Positions 1 to 14,914 of a stretch of 64,000 bases of DNA are shown here, piece after piece; the stretch's first letter is position 1; the number at the start of each line of letters is the position of its first letter. The DNA comes from Octopus vulgaris. Its lineage: Eukaryota. The translations under genes and the position numbers were made by a program. The notes under the pieces were generated by a model. It saw nothing but the letters and a program-made list of their open reading frames with translations, was not told the origin of the DNA and made no database searches. The stretch is taken from NCBI GenBank assembly GCA_951406725.2, contig OX597818.1, forward strand, positions 41,912,001 to 41,976,000, in the 5' to 3' direction.

Positions 1-339
1 ACACCAGTGTCTCAGTTTTGTCATGACTTCCACGGCTGGCTGCCTTTCTTATACCAACCACTTTGGAGAGTGTATTAGATGCCTTTTTTGTGGCACTGTC
101 AATTGTAAGACCACCATGTAACTTGCAAGACTCACGCATATATAAATGTATGCATACATATATACGCACACATACAGACACAAACATATGCACACACACA
201 CACACACACACACATTTATATATATATATATATACCGGAGTAATCACATAAAATGTGAAACAAGGTGGAAAAAAGAGTACTCAAATACCAGGGGTAGAGT
301 AATATGCTTTATTTAAAAGTAGCAGAAATACAACAAAAC

Positions 340-378
340 CTGTTACTCGGAGTTTCACGTTACCGTTCGTCGGACAGT
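340..378 (-). ncRNA. Minimal type I hammerhead ribozyme motif (U4C variant)
   Basis: CUGU CCGACGA ACG-GUAA-CGU GAAA CUC-C-GAG UA ACAG: helix I CUGU/ACAG, helix II capped by GNRA, palindromic helix III, GUA cleavage triplet. Confidence 0.75.
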
Positions 379-424
379 TTTAGTTAAAAAAAAAAGATTA
401 AAAAAAATTTTTTTTTAACAAAAA

Positions 425-462
425 CTGTCTGACAAATGGGAACGTGAAACTCCGAGTAACAG
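425..462 (+). ncRNA. Minimal hammerhead motif, decayed copy
   Basis: CUGU CUGACAA AUG-GGAA-CGU GAAA CUC-C-GAG UA ACAG; G8 is lost, consistent with CpG decay. Confidence 0.6.
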
Positions 463-1027
463 GTTTTGTTGAATTTCTGCTGCTTTTAAATGAAGTATAT
501 ATATATATATATAGATATGCCACAGAACCTTCCCAAAACAAGGCACCAATATCTAAGCATTATCTGAGCTTAATAAGATCCTCTGGGAAGAAAAACAACC
601 AATATCAATGTAAGTAATCCCCACAAACCATGAATCCACAAACACTTTCCCACTTTACTAGAATGAAGAACAACTCAGAATAATGAGTCTAAGATATAAA
701 AATACACAAGCAAGCATAACAAATATGTATTTCCATCATCAGCAGCCAAATGGATATTACAATGGTTTTGACACCTGGGCAGTCTGGCAGTGTCAGCAGC
801 ATTAAAAGCATACATTTGTCTTGAAATCTTTAGTAATCAGCAGGAGTGAAAAATTATCTGAAGAAAAGGTCTGTTTTTACTTTGATTCCCCATAAAGAAT
901 AGTCAATTTTGGTTGAAATTGTTAAACTGTTGAGATTTTAGTGATAATTAGTAAGGTCCTTTTAAAATATTATTGTTGATTAAACACATCCAAAAACACT
1001 CAAACTCAAATACATCTACACTCGTAA

Positions 1028-1066
<39 letters not shown>

Positions 1067-1927
1067 CACATGTTAACAAGAGTTGATAGAAATGTTTCTT
1101 CATTGATACGATCTCTTTTTTTTTTATCAATCAGTCCTGGGATGATTCTAGCAGCGTATAAGTTTTTCTACGAGAAGGGATTGCTAGCCTGTCCCTCAAC
1201 CCCACTCTATTTTGGGAGAAAGAAACTGTGAGTGGTCCCCTACAATTCTTCTCACAGCACAACACAGCTTATTCAGAGAGTGAACGAGTGAGTGAGAAAA
1301 AGAGAAAGAGAGTGAATGAGAGACATTGATTAGCTTCACTGCTTGACTTGCATTTTATTAATCAATCCTGGAAGGCTGAAAATCAAAATTTACATAAGTG
1401 GGATTGAATCTAAGAGTTCAGAGAGCTGGAGCAAATACCAATAGGCACCCTATGTATTTACAATATATGTATATGCTTTGAGTGGTTTAGCTTTTACACA
1501 CTTCTGTTTCTCAATGCCAACCAATGTTTCTTTCATCAGTTCTTCAAGTACAGTAATGTCTATATTTTGCTAATGAGGTCAGAATAATACCATAAAATGT
1601 TTGGTGTTGTCTCCCATACTTGACAAAATAATTAAAATAATATTAGTCATTAACTCATTGTTTTTCTTCCCTCACTGAATAGTTATTTCTAGGTGACTTT
1701 TTAATACTCACCACATTAACTTGGAACTTTTCATATTTTCTAGCATCCTTGTAAAAGTTTCAAATTTAGATAATTTGTAACCTCCTGAGAGAAGATAGTT
1801 GAGATTTAATGCAGAGTAACAGAAAAAAAAGTACATAAAATTGGTTAAAACAAAGTGTATATTGTACTCTATATTTGAGAAAATTTGTCAGTTATAAATT
1901 ATATCTGTCTGTCTGTCTGTCTGTATG

Positions 1928-1960
<33 letters not shown>

Positions 1961-2004
1961 GCGTATGTGCATCAGAGAGACAGACAGACAGATAGGTTGA
2001 GAAT

Positions 2005-2035
<31 letters not shown>

Positions 2036-2824
2036 GGGAAAAAGGAAATGACAGAGTAGAGGGAAATAGCAGAGAAAGTACATATATGTATGTATATATA
2101 TTTATAGAGAGAGAGAGTGTGTGTTTGTGTGTGTGTGTTGGTATTTGTTAAAAAATAAGTTGACTAAATGCCTAGAGAAGCTATTTTCAAAATTTTTCTT
2201 GAAAGGCTAACATCATAATTGGTTACTGTTGGTGTTCATCTTACAAATGATTATATTAATGAAGATTGCCTTTGAAAATTTAATATTGGAGATGTGTATT
2301 GTGTAGCCTATGGCACACTTTGTGTGAGCTGCAACACTATGGCTTAGTAACAGTTTAGTTGAAAGCCACTACGCAACATACTATCTCTCATAAATCAGAA
2401 TTTATTATTTACAAGCCTACAGCCAATGTAGCTTGAGGCTTCTCTGGGACAAAACTGAGACCAGTCTTTTCTTCAATTAGTCTCAATTAGACAAATGAGG
2501 TTGCCTGAAAATGTGTGTAGTTCAGGGAACTAAAAGTAGTCTTGTGACACATAATCTATTCATATATTCAAGTATAAAACAAAAAAAGGTTATATTGGAA
2601 ATGATGAATGAAATATTAATTTCAAGACTCACAGGCTACAATTGGAACTGCTTCACATATACCATTGACCATTTTGTTATCATATTTCTGTCGAAATATA
2701 ATGCTTTTGTTTCAGTTAATTCTAAAAGTAATGAAAAATTTATTAAAATAATTTTGTCATTATTAAGCTGGTATTTGGAACATAAATGAACATGAAATTC
2801 TGAAGGAAGGTTTTAATTTGGATT

Positions 2825-3677
2825 GGTCATGTACTACGGATGGATGAGGAGAGATGTGTGAAGAAGTGCCACTCCCAAACAGTTGAAGGAATCCGGAGTA
2901 GAGGTAGACCCAGGAAGACATGGGATGAGGTGGTCAAGCATGACCTTCAAACGTTGGGCCTCACAGAGGCAATGATGAAAAACTGAGACCTCTGGAGATA
3001 TGCTGTGACTATGAAGACCCGACAAATAACATGAGTCCATGGCTGTTTCCTGCACCAGTTTCACATCGCAGCCCCAGCCCATCCATCATCATCATCATCA
3101 TTGTTCGACCGTGGTCGAGACAATGGAATTTACCATGCTACGCCAGACTTCACGGTCCATCATGGCATTACAGAGGTCCTGTTGCTGGATGCCTGTATCC
3201 TTGGAGATTACATCAGGGTAGGAGAGTGTGCGCCCTCTGGTATTGTGAGTAGATGGCTTCCAGAGGAGAAGAGTAGAAATTACCTCTTTTTCAGCTCTAC
3301 AACAATGTCCAGCAAACTGGACTCTCTTACCTTTCACAGCCCATCCAAAGTACCTTGAATTGCAGAACAGCCTGCTGTGCTTACCTTGGATTGTATGGTG
3401 ACCTGCTCTGTGTAAGGAGACCTATTGAGTCAAGTACATCATCAACATCAAAATAAAAATCAAAGGGAAATTGTAGTTGTGATACCTGTGCCGGTGGCAC
3501 GTAAAAAGCACCCACTACACTCACGGAGTGGTTGGCGTTAGGAAGGGCATCCAGCTGTAGAAACACTGCTAGATCAAACTGGAGCCTGATGCAGCCTCCT
3601 GGCTTCCCATTCCCCGGTTGAACCGTCCAACCTATGCTAGCATGGAAAACGGATGTTAGACGATGATAATGATGATA
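2825..3677 (+). mobile_element. RTE-clade LINE 3' end with 3' UTR and (ATG)n tail
   Basis: Encodes GHVLRMDEERCVKKC...RGRPRKTWDEVVKHDL; tail shared with many copies in the window. Confidence 0.9.
3086..3336 (-). mobile_element. RTE-like LINE 3' fragment with 11-bp TSD
   Basis: RVQFAGHCCR...RGR..SYPDVI...MMDREVWRSMV C-terminus and (ATG)n tail; TSD CAGCCCATCCA at 3075-3085 and 3337-3347. Confidence 0.88.
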
Positions 3678-6600
3678 AACTTTGTAGCATAAATCAGGGA
3701 TGGTTTCAGTTAGTATGGAAATGGTTAATGCCCTCTAAAATATAGGCATGAATATCACAGGTTCCTATCATGTTCCGTAAATTACAAACTACAATGCTCA
3801 GCTAACAAACATCACTCCTCTTTATCTTCCCTATCAAATCATTGCTGCATGTCTTTACCCTTGCACCAGACACAGTTCTATAAACCTTAAACATGTACAA
3901 TTTTTCTTCGTTTTTTGTTAAGGTCTATGAGTATATTTGCAAATGTGCACATTTATATCTGTTATATACAACAGAAGCAGTATTAGATTAAAATGGTCAA
4001 TTGTGCATCATACTTAATGTTAGTACATTGTGATAGGCATGTTTACTGTGGTATTCATTCTGAGCTAATATCTCATATGAATATGCTGTGTTTAAAAACA
4101 CAAAATGTATCAGAGGCAGATGAAAATCAAGTTGGTAGTAACTGGTGAGAATTCTAGATGATTTTTCTGCCTCATTGGGCTTTGTGAAGAGCATGTAATC
4201 ACAGCCAAGCATTTAACATCTGCACCAGCTACTAAGATGTTTTATGTCTGCCTCCAATATATTTTGGGTTTTATAAAACACAGCACATCCATTTGAGATA
4301 TCTCAGAGGAAATGTAGTAAATTTGCCAATGACTTTTAGTATGACATACACAGGACACATTTAGATATTTTCACCGTGGGACTTGGTTTAGCAAACAGTA
4401 TAGAACTTAACACAGATGATTTAATAGGTAGCTACATGAATCTTGATTTCTTACTCAGTTTGCATCCTTTTAAGCAGTTTCCACGCATTAGGAATTTGTC
4501 ACTCAAGTATAAGTCTTTTTTTTTTCCATACTGCTAAGTTACGGGGGTGTAAACAAACCAACACCAGTTGTCAAATGGTAGTGGTGGAGGGAGGGCAAAT
4601 ACAAAAATGTACACGTGCACACACACATTGTGTGTATATGTAGATATATATGTGTGTGTATGTATGTATATATGTGTGTGTGTGTTTATGTATTTATATG
4701 TGTGTGTGTATTTTATTTATATAATATATTTATATTTATACATATAAATTTATATACAATGGGCTTCCATACAGTTTCCATCTAGCAAATTCTCTCATAA
4801 GGTATATTGGTCAGTCCTGGGTTATAGAAGAAGACATGTGACCAAAGTGCTGCACAGTGAGATTGAACACAAAACCATGTGGTTACAAAGTGAGCTCCTT
4901 AACCACACAGACATGCCTGTGCCTGTACACAACCATACCTGTGTCTATAGAAAATATAAAACAAAAATTTAAGGAAAATAGTTTGTTAGATGAAATTAGA
5001 ATGCTGACAAACAGTCTTTTTTTGATTGATGGTTTTTCAAAATATTGTCCAAGTAATTTACATTTATGTATCTTTCATATGTCATAGTAATCACCAATGT
5101 GACCATGGCTAAGTTATTTTCAAATATAATTTGTTGTGCAGGTTGTGGTAATTGTTTTGTAAACCAAATTCATACTACTAGAATTTCCATTGTACAAATC
5201 TTCCCATCCTATTTGTTGTACATGTTTCTATGTTTACATTTTCTTAAGACTGCATATCTTAGAATGACATTATAATTGTAGCTGTGGTACAAGTTTAGAT
5301 ATGTTGAGACTATGTTTTAAACTATATTCTTTAGTGGTGATATTCTTTTTAGCTCATTGAATATGTAGGTTAGTTTTTTTATTCCCATTAAAACATAGCT
5401 TTATTTGTTGCATTAATAAAAACAGCAACATGTTACCATTAAAAAAGGCATTTTGAATCGGTTATTGATGTTGCCAGATATTTTATTGGGCTTCACAGTT
5501 ATGGATCAAATAGCATAACATAAACAGCAGTTACAATTTGTATGCTTTTTTGAATTGGAGGTGCAAGGTGGCAATTTTCAAAATCTATCTCCAGAGAATT
5601 GGGTATCTATTGTGCTGGTGATTGTATAACTGGCAAGTAAACAAAAGATTGTAGTTTTAGGAATAACTATCCCATAAATTTGGTATAATTTGTCAAATAG
5701 CCAATGATAACAGACGGAATAAAAGGAATAGTATGTTAGTATGAAAAAATGATGCTGTGTTAGTTACATTACCAACAGCAGCAATAGAAACAACCAAAAA
5801 ATTGAGAGAAGGAAAAAAGATCATTTACACAAGCGTTAGATTATGAACAAAAATAGTCTTGAGTAAAGTAGTGTTAGTGTGAAAAAGCTGTTTAGAAAAA
5901 GGCTGAGAATGATTACTTATCGTTAAAGATTTCAACTTCCCAGTTTGTGGAAAGATTTTCAAGGAGATATGGCCACAATTGGCAGCTTAACTTGGGTCTT
6001 GCTATGTTTTCTTGTTATTTATCCCAAAATCAGTTTTGACCGAGTAGACCTATGATTAAAGGCATTTCAGCCATGACCATCCCACCAGTTTGTTCAATGT
6101 GTTGATCCTTTTTAGGATGAAAGGGTGTGATGTGAGGGACATTTGACTATGATTTCTAGCAGATTGTTCTATCACACACAGACTCCTTCTCAAGCTGTTC
6201 TTGTGTACAAATAGTTTTCATTGTAGAAAAGAAATGAAAAGGAAGATAAAAGCATAAATACTGTTGAGAAATTCAGTTCTCTCTTTCTATAATTTAGAGA
6301 GAAATCTGGTGATTTTTGATGTGGATTATGGTGTCCAGGTTATTCAAGGTATTGTCTGGAAAAAAACCCCCCAGAGAACCCAGATTTCTTTAACGAAACA
6401 GAAACATTTTATGGAGCATGTATGATACCATTGTGTTAGAGGGGGGTTTTGGATGGGTTGTAAAATCCTCTTAAATGTGTTCAAATAATTCCACTATTAT
6501 AAGTTACAGACTGTATGTAGGTAGAGTTCATAAATATTCCTTCCTCTCTCCCTTCTTATCATTGACTGTCACTTCATGTTCTTTCACACTGCCATTACTG

Positions 6601-9600
6601 TCTTTAGTTGTAAGTGAAACTTTCCTGATGTGCTTTACATAAATGTATTTGTATTCACACTGAGCATGTCTCTCCAGGTCAAGGCACTACTTCTCTGCAT
6701 TGAGAAGTCACAGCTCCAGTACCACAAACATGTGATTAGAATGTTGCAGGAAAGAATTGCAAGATGAATTCTTCAAGCCAATCCAACTGACTGGAGACCT
6801 AAGTGTTGACCTAGAAGAAGATAGTTGAATAATATCCATTGCCCTAGTTAGATATTATCCATGATGTAATTTGAAGGAGATTTAGTTTCTATTTTCTGTA
6901 AGTTGAACAATCACATAGAGCTTAGGTGGGGAATCTTTTTAATACCTGGAGAGAATTGCCAGTGCATCAAAACCAGTAGGAATGTACTTGTACTGAGAAA
7001 AATAATGTATTGTCAATTTTACAAATTAATAGGTATGCAAATTATATTAAATTACTGTTTTGCTCTGGAGGTTTAAGTACTTTTAGTATATGGTTTTTGA
7101 GATTTCATCGTTAATTAGTTTGAATGTGAGCAAAATTATGCCCATAGATAAGTAACTCACTGTTGATATAAAGACTTATTTGATGGCTGGAGAGTTGAGA
7201 AAAGTTTGTCATCAAATGGTTGTGGGATTATTTATCTGTTGAAATGTGATGGTATTCACACTTCAGTGCTATGGCTTCTTTATCAGTATCACAACAATGC
7301 TAAGGATAGCTATGGTAAATACTCTGCTCTTTACTACTACAACAGCAACTACCATTACGGCTGCATGAAAGTATTCTATAAATGTATAAGAGCTTAAATA
7401 TTTCATAAAATTATCTGATCCTTTGAATAATATTTTTAATTAACTAACATGCGGCTAAAATATCAGTGGAACATTATTTAATCATAGACAATTCACGGGA
7501 GATTACAAGTAGTAGAAATAATGTTGGTAATATACTTAACCTGCTCTTCAACTCGGCATCTCATACTAACAGGAAGCTCACAACCATTTCCAAACAGAAA
7601 TCAATAAATTGCTACTCTTACTTCATAATATTTCTCAGTCATTCATTATTGATTCGAAAATGTTTTCTTTATTTTTTCTTCCATCTATAAGGAATAAATT
7701 CAAATTTTCCTTTCTGGTTTACCAAAAATCATTATCTCAGTTGCTCTAAGTTTTATATAATACCTTTATATTTAACTAGTTATCTTTGTTTTTTTTTTTT
7801 TTTTTTTTTTTATCTACGTGGGGAAACAGTTATATTATTTATCTGTAATAGATAGAGTGTAACTGGATTCTTCCATTGTTCATGTATTCATTGTAATTTA
7901 TCTAATTACTTTCCACAGGATTTAATTGGCAAATCTACTCTTCACTTTCATTATCATAATGTTACCAATCAACCGAGATCAACTAAAGGAAAAAACAAAC
8001 AAAGAAACAAGAACAAAGACAAAAAAACAACTGTAATTTAAATGAAAAGAATATCAATTTTGAACTTTTCTATGGAATATTATTAATGCCTTTTGTTGGA
8101 AAATTATAAAGGCTCCATAGTTTCAATAGAATTTGGATACAAGTAGCTCCCAGATAACTAATTCTAATAATTAGAAATTATTATGTTCAATCATTTCTCC
8201 TATCAATAATGTATGCCAGTATTCAAGTTGATTTTATTTTTTGATTGTCATTTTTATTTTATACAATTTAAATAAGCATTAATTTAAATTGCTGAGTGCA
8301 CACACATACATATGCATATATGTGTGCACAAATGTGTGTGTGTGTGTGTGCACGTGCAGTATGTATATACCAATGTATACAAATGTTTGTTTTAAGTATT
8401 GTTGTGAACAAACACAGCCAAACGTTAATGGAAGGATCACCCAATATATTCCAGTAGAGAATTACATCTTGCTTTTAAATGGAAAACATTAACAGAGGCA
8501 TTGAGGTTTCAACTCACTTGCCTTTGTCAGACTGTAATTTTATTCTTTTTTGTTTGCCAAAACTTTATTGATATTTTCTATTCTTCTTGTAGATGGGGGC
8601 TTAGTGGTTGCAAAGTAGGTGTGGTGTAACAGTGAACATACATGTGTATGTAAATGTGTGTGTGTGTGTGTGTCTGTATGCACATGCCTTTTCCATGCTG
8701 GCATGTGTTGAACAAGTTACTGCCTTCATAGACAGGTCGAGGAACCACATCTCACCTATGATTTCTATAACTAGATACATCTTCTAACAGCACCCACTTT
8801 ACAGAATGTACCGGAGATGTTTTACTCAGACACAAGCAATAGTAAGGTTGCCTAGTACTCTGCAGGACAAAAGGGTCCCTACTATTTTATGTTGACTCTG
8901 TTCAGGGCAATATGGCCGAGAAAGTGAGAAGAGAAGGCAACTGCAGAAGATGAACTAGGATGTCTGAGACAGAGAATCAAAAATATGAAGTGAGGAAATA
9001 CAATGATTGAATGACAGTGTAGAAGAGGAGGAGTAAGGGAGCGACAGTGCAAAGAAGAGTAATGGCTGAGTGTAACAAGAGACAGTAATGGCAGAGAGTA
9101 TTCACTGGTCATAGAGAGTGTGAGTGAGGGATAGTTGTAGGAGTGATCAGTATAGCAAAAGGGGCTGGTTGCTACCTAGGTCAGATACCAGGAAACCCCA
9201 AAATGGCAGAAATTCAAAAGACAGTGCTCATGGGAAATGCCCATATCCTATGCAAAATACTTTCTATGTAATCTCAAGTTTAAAAACAAACACTTAATTT
9301 TCTTATGGTTTCTTAAACTGTCTCTAGAACAACACTATGTACAAAACCAAATATATGGCACCCTAGGGATAGCACCAACATGAACTTCCAACTTGTCTCT
9401 TGAGGTCTCTGGGTGAGACTTGGAGCCAACTTGTACAAATGTAAAGCAAAAGTAAAACATAAAATTATAATAATAATAATAATCCTCTCTACTAAAGATA
9501 CAAGGCTTGAAATTTTGGTGGAAGGGACTAGACGATTATATCAACCCCAGTGTTTCACTGGTATTTAATTCATCAACCCCGAAAGGATGAAAGGCAAAGT

Positions 9601-9734
9601 CGACCTTGGCAGAATTTGAACTCAAAACGTAAAGACAGACGAAATATTGATAAGCATTTCATCCAGCACGCTAATGATTCTGCCAGCTCACTGCCTTAAT
9701 AACAACAACAATAACAACAACAATAATAAAAAAC

Positions 9735-10525
9735 ATACATTCATACAAGCTTAAGATCAGAGCTTACCTACCAGAAACTACCATGCAAACATCCTTAATG
9801 ATGGATCTGACACCTCGTGCCGAATTTGCGGAATATTCACAGAGACAATTGATCATGTTGTTTTTGGCTGCCCAGTCCTCACTGAAAAGGAGTACCTCAT
9901 AAGACATGACAGACGAGGGCAGTACATCCACTGGGATGCTTGTAAATACTACAAAATTAAATTCTATGATAAGTGGTACAGGCACCATCCAGTGGATGTA
10001 GTAAATGGTGAGGGCATCACCATCCTTTGGAACTTCCCAATACTAACAGACAGAAAAATTGATTCCAATCGACCAGACATTGTGATCAAGGACTGCAACA
10101 GAGGAACTTGTCTGTTAACAGATATATCTGTCCCACAAGATCAAAAGAAAGAAATACAAAAAACTTTCTCACTATAAAGATCTGCAAATTGAAATCACAA
10201 AAATGTGGAAGCTTAGTACTATGATAATACCAGTAATAATTGGTGCATTGGGAATGATAAAGAAGGGAGCTGAGGAGTATATTAAGCAACTCCCTGGTAA
10301 CTCCAGTCTCCGTGAACTACAAAAGACAACCTTGATGGGTACAGCCCATATACTAGGGAAAGCCCATATACTAGGGAAAGCACTCTCCATCTAAAATGGA
10401 ACAAATGTGGTGATAATTTTAGCATGCATAGCAAAACAAAAGTGCCCTCCCTACTCTTGGCCTCCGGAGGATGCCCAGTACTAAGGCAGCTGAAATAAAG
10501 TTATAGTGAAATGAAACCATAATTG
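9735..10525 (+). mobile_element. R4/Dong-type (restriction-like endonuclease) LINE 3' portion
   Basis: Zinc knuckle CRIC...ETIDHVVFGC, then RHD, RPDIV...DISVP, KYKDL-like and PVIIGALG motifs across frameshifts; flanked by (AAT/AAC)n; 18-bp tandem duplication giving AHILGK twice. Confidence 0.92.
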
Positions 10526-13367
10526 ATAACAATAATAATAATAATAGTTTCAAATTTTGTCACAAGGGCAGCAATTTTGGGGAAGGGGTTAAGTCAATTA
10601 CATTGATCCCATGGTGTTCAACTGGTACTTATTTTATTGGCCCCAAAAGGATAAAAGGCAAAGTTGACCTCGGCAGAATTTGAACTCAGAACATAGTGGC
10701 AGACAAAATACCTATTTCTTTACTACCCACAAGGAGCTAAACACAGAGAGGACAAACAAGGACAGACACATGGATTAAGTTGATTATATTGACTCCAGTG
10801 CATAAATGGTACTTATTTAATCGACCCCAAAAGGATGAAAGGCAAAGTTGACATTGGCGGAATTTGAACTCAGAACATAGTGGCAGACAAAATACCGCTA
10901 AGCATTTTACCCAGTGTGCTAATGATTCTGCCAGCTCACCGCCTTAATAATAATGATAATGATAATAATAATAATCTGTACTTATTAGCAATTAATATGT
11001 CTATTGCTTGTGTGTATAGCATGTCTATGTTTGTATATGTCTATGTGTGCATGCATATGTCTGTACTGAATTGAAACAAACATTGTTGCCCTTTGTAATT
11101 TGACATACTTTTGTTTTTTAATACCTTTTAATGAACATTTTTCTGTGACGATAGGGATTTGAAGTATTAAATATTAAATAAAAAATGAGAAAAGGCTGAA
11201 ATGATATTTAGACAGAGTGCCCCATTGGGAAACAAATACAAAGACATAAGAATGAATTGCTCTAAATAAGGACCAATTTATTTTTATTTCAATAGTTATT
11301 CATACAAACAACCCCACAGATAGACACATATCATTGACTAGGTCAATTTTCAGGCTATAGATATTTCATCCATATATCATCATCACCACCTCCACCACCA
11401 CCATTCTGATCATTGGCTCTGTTGTCATCATCGTTATCACCAGCGCATCGTTATTGATTTAGTGTCCACTTTTTCCATGTTTGCATGGGTCAGACAGAAT
11501 TTGTTGAGGCAGAGATTTTTTTTTCATGGCTGGATGCCCTTCCTGTCACAAACCCTCATCCTTTTGTAGGCAGGGTATTATTTCCCTTGACCAGATATTT
11601 TCATTCATGAAGGACAGGAAACAAACAACAGCCTCACTTGTTTGATAGTGATACTCATTTGCAACCGTCATGTGATGTCGGAACAAGGGTACACATATGC
11701 ACACACTTAGCTACCAACCTAGCTATCTGCCTACATATATACATATGTATATAAATACATGCACACATGCATGCATGCATGCACACACACACACACACAT
11801 TGATTTTAAATTTTGGAACAAAACCAGCAATATCAGCTTAGGAGTAAGTCGATTACATTGACCCTAATCGTTGACTGGTATTTGTTTTATCAACCCCAAA
11901 AGGATGAAAAGTAAAGATGAATTTGAACTCAGAGCATAAAAGCAGACAAAATGCTGCTAAACATTTTGCTTGACATGCTAACGATTCTGCCACCTCGCTG
12001 CCTTACACATACATGCATCATCATCATCATCATCATCATTTAACATCCGCTTTCCATGCTAGCATGGGTTGGACAATTTGACTGAGGTCTGGTGAACCAG
12101 ATGGCTGCACCAGACTCCAATCTAATCTGGTAGAGTTTCTACAGCTGGATGCCCTTCCTAATGTCAACCACTCCGAGAGTGTAGTGGGTGTTTTTATGTG
12201 ACAATGGGCTTCTTTCAGTTTCTGTCTACTAAATCTAATCACAAGACTTTGGTTGGTCTGGGGCTGCAAGTAGAACTCACTTGCCAAAGAACTGCACAGT
12301 GGGATTGAACCTGAGACCACATAGTGAAGAAGCAAGCTGGGTGACTCTGTAGAAAAACCTTCCCTATTTCCAACTATTTTTATATAACTCAGTGCTCAGT
12401 ATGATAATGGATCTGTCTGGAGCATTTCATATATTTAGTGAGAGACCATAGGTTGCTCTGAAACTCTCGTTAGGTTATTTCCTTCCATATCACTGAAATA
12501 AAACACGCTTAATTAGACAACTCAATAATAACATAACAGTAGTGACAACAGATGTTCGGTAATACAATGTTTGATGACACTAACCTCTGCTTACCTCACA
12601 ATAGCAGCTTAGTTGCTATTTTTATGATTTCAGAAAAGGACTTTTAATTAGTAATTAAAAACTTGTTAATAAGTTTTATTTAAATACTGAAAACTTGCAG
12701 GAGACTCTAACTCATTACAGAAAGAATGTTTATCAAATAGTAGTTTGTGATGTTGTCCTTTGAATGTAAATGCATGTGTGTGTGTGTGTACAAATATGTA
12801 CACACATGCACATGCATATAGTTGCAATGCACATGCATCTGTGTGTGCTAATTCATGATGTTTATATACTTCTTTGGGTAGGTAAGATTAATAAATTTGG
12901 ATCACTAGCCCAGTTAAAAGAAATTCATCTCTGATTTAAAAAGTCTGCTGCATAACAGCTGTACTCGAACACTATTACCAGTGCAAAAGAGTAAACCATG
13001 AGGTTGAATCTGGAACTGGAGTCATTATGGCATTTTCTGTGCCAACTCTGGTTCTAAGTTCCATTTTCTTTGTGCCATACCAGTGTTGTAGAGTAGAGAA
13101 AACTGTTGTGTGATCAATAACTGGTTATCCACACCACCCTGCACCAAAAGTAGACATCAGTGGAATAGTTCCGTTGTCCTTTGAGAGTGACGGATGCCAA
13201 AAATATAATATACTTTGTATTATATATTTATATTCAAGTAACATACATACATGCGAACATATATACATTCATACATACATACATACATACATACATACAA
13301 ACACACATACATACATACAAAAATACATACATACATACAAACACACATACACACATACATACATACA

Positions 13368-13398
<31 letters not shown>

Positions 13399-14364
13399 TT
13401 GTCTATGTGTGCATATGTGCGTGTATGTTTGAAAGCCTGCAAATATAATTTCATGGTGCAGTGACAGCCTCAGATCTTTCCCTCATTATAATTAATGAGA
13501 TGAAAAAATTTCTACTTGTAACCCTATCATTTGATGAATTAAATTTCCCTTGAGCCCCATTGAAATTTAATCTGTCTGTAACATTTTGAAACTCCATTCT
13601 GCAAACTTTTTTTTTTATCAACAATGACCCCTTGACTGTTCAAGTAACTATCAAATACATACATCATCACCACTTTTCACTTGTTTACTCACCTCATCTG
13701 AAAAAAAATAGTCGGATAGATATATTGTTTTAAAGCTTTTTCTTTATATTGTGTTTCTCTATCCGCATACTTTGGCTTGAGCCAAGGTGGGAGCTTCTAC
13801 AATGTAACAACCAAGTCTTCCTAAAAGAATTAACTTCGAAATAGTTATTCATATTTTAAGCTTTAAATCTTATGACAATACACCCCACAATAAAAAAATA
13901 AAAACTGAAAAGGAAGGAAAGGAGTAGGATACTGATCAAATGCTGATGTTTGACCCAAATTGACCAACCTTGTATCGGCATAGAAAGGTTAGGAATGCAA
14001 GGAATCCATTACCTCTATGTTCTATTTTTAATTACTCTAATCAAAATTTTGGAGTTGTCTCATTTGTTTTCTAGTTCAAGATTGATCGTTACACAAATGA
14101 ATATTCCTTTTCACTTTTCTAACATAATGTAGTAAGTCATGATATTATGGTTCAGTACATTACTTTCACCATTACATCAACATATCTTGGTTGTCAGTCA
14201 TGCACTTCTCTATGCTTGGGCGTTTGATAACTTACTGTGGGTCTGGGCTTGTAATGTTCACTTGAAACTTCTCAAGTACTACAGTTTATGTTTCTCTTAA
14301 CAATACATTAAAAAATAGTTGTTTTTTTAAAATTATGTTATATAAAATAAAAATTTCTATATTG

Positions 14365-14700
14365 CACCTGTCTAACACCCGTGGACATGTTTACAAAGTC
14401 AGAAAACAGCACAGTTCCCATGACTTTCGAAAACATTTTTTCACGCTAAGATTTGCTGAAGCATGGAACAGACTGCCAGCATCAGTTGTTAGTTGTCGGA
14501 GCACTGCATCCTTCAAAACTTCCATGCTTCCTGAGATTCGCCAACACTACACCTGATTTTCCCCCCTCCATACACATGCAAGCATGTATCTGACTCATAC
14601 ACTGTTCGCTTTCCAGACATTTGTACATTACTGCATATACTTTATATGCACTTTTGACAAATTATGGTGCACCTGAGCACTGTATACAATAATTTCATTA
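14365..14700 (+). mobile_element. CR1-group LINE 3' end
   Basis: TRGH.YK...RKHFFTLR..EAWNRLP...FK motif; near-identical tails at 25088-25345 and 33950-34018. Confidence 0.88.
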
Positions 14701-14914
14701 TATATATATAATCTAGGCCATTTTCAACCCTAGATTCTGGTCAAAGAACTTGATTAATTCATTAATCTATTAATTTATTCTAGGCTTTCTTCTGCTTCTC
14801 CTTGCACCTATAATGTTTAATCATTTTGAATCCTGTATGTACAGTTGTTTGTTCTTGAATCAAAGTCTCACATTTCATATTCTGAAGCAATTCCATTTCT
14901 TATTCTTAATGTTG

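Larger units (their letters stand above)
235..498. mobile_element. Fold-back Penelope-like terminal-repeat remnant in (TA)n, with two hammerhead motifs
   Basis: ~90-bp inverted arms (~303-396 and ~410-498) flanked by TA microsatellite; each arm holds a hammerhead core. Confidence 0.7.
2667..3728. mobile_element. Degenerate piggyBac MITE split by nested RTE insertions
   Basis: 2667-2820 resembles the reverse complement of the piggyBac right end at 29250-29287; 3680-3728 ends in ...ggTTAA. Confidence 0.5.
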
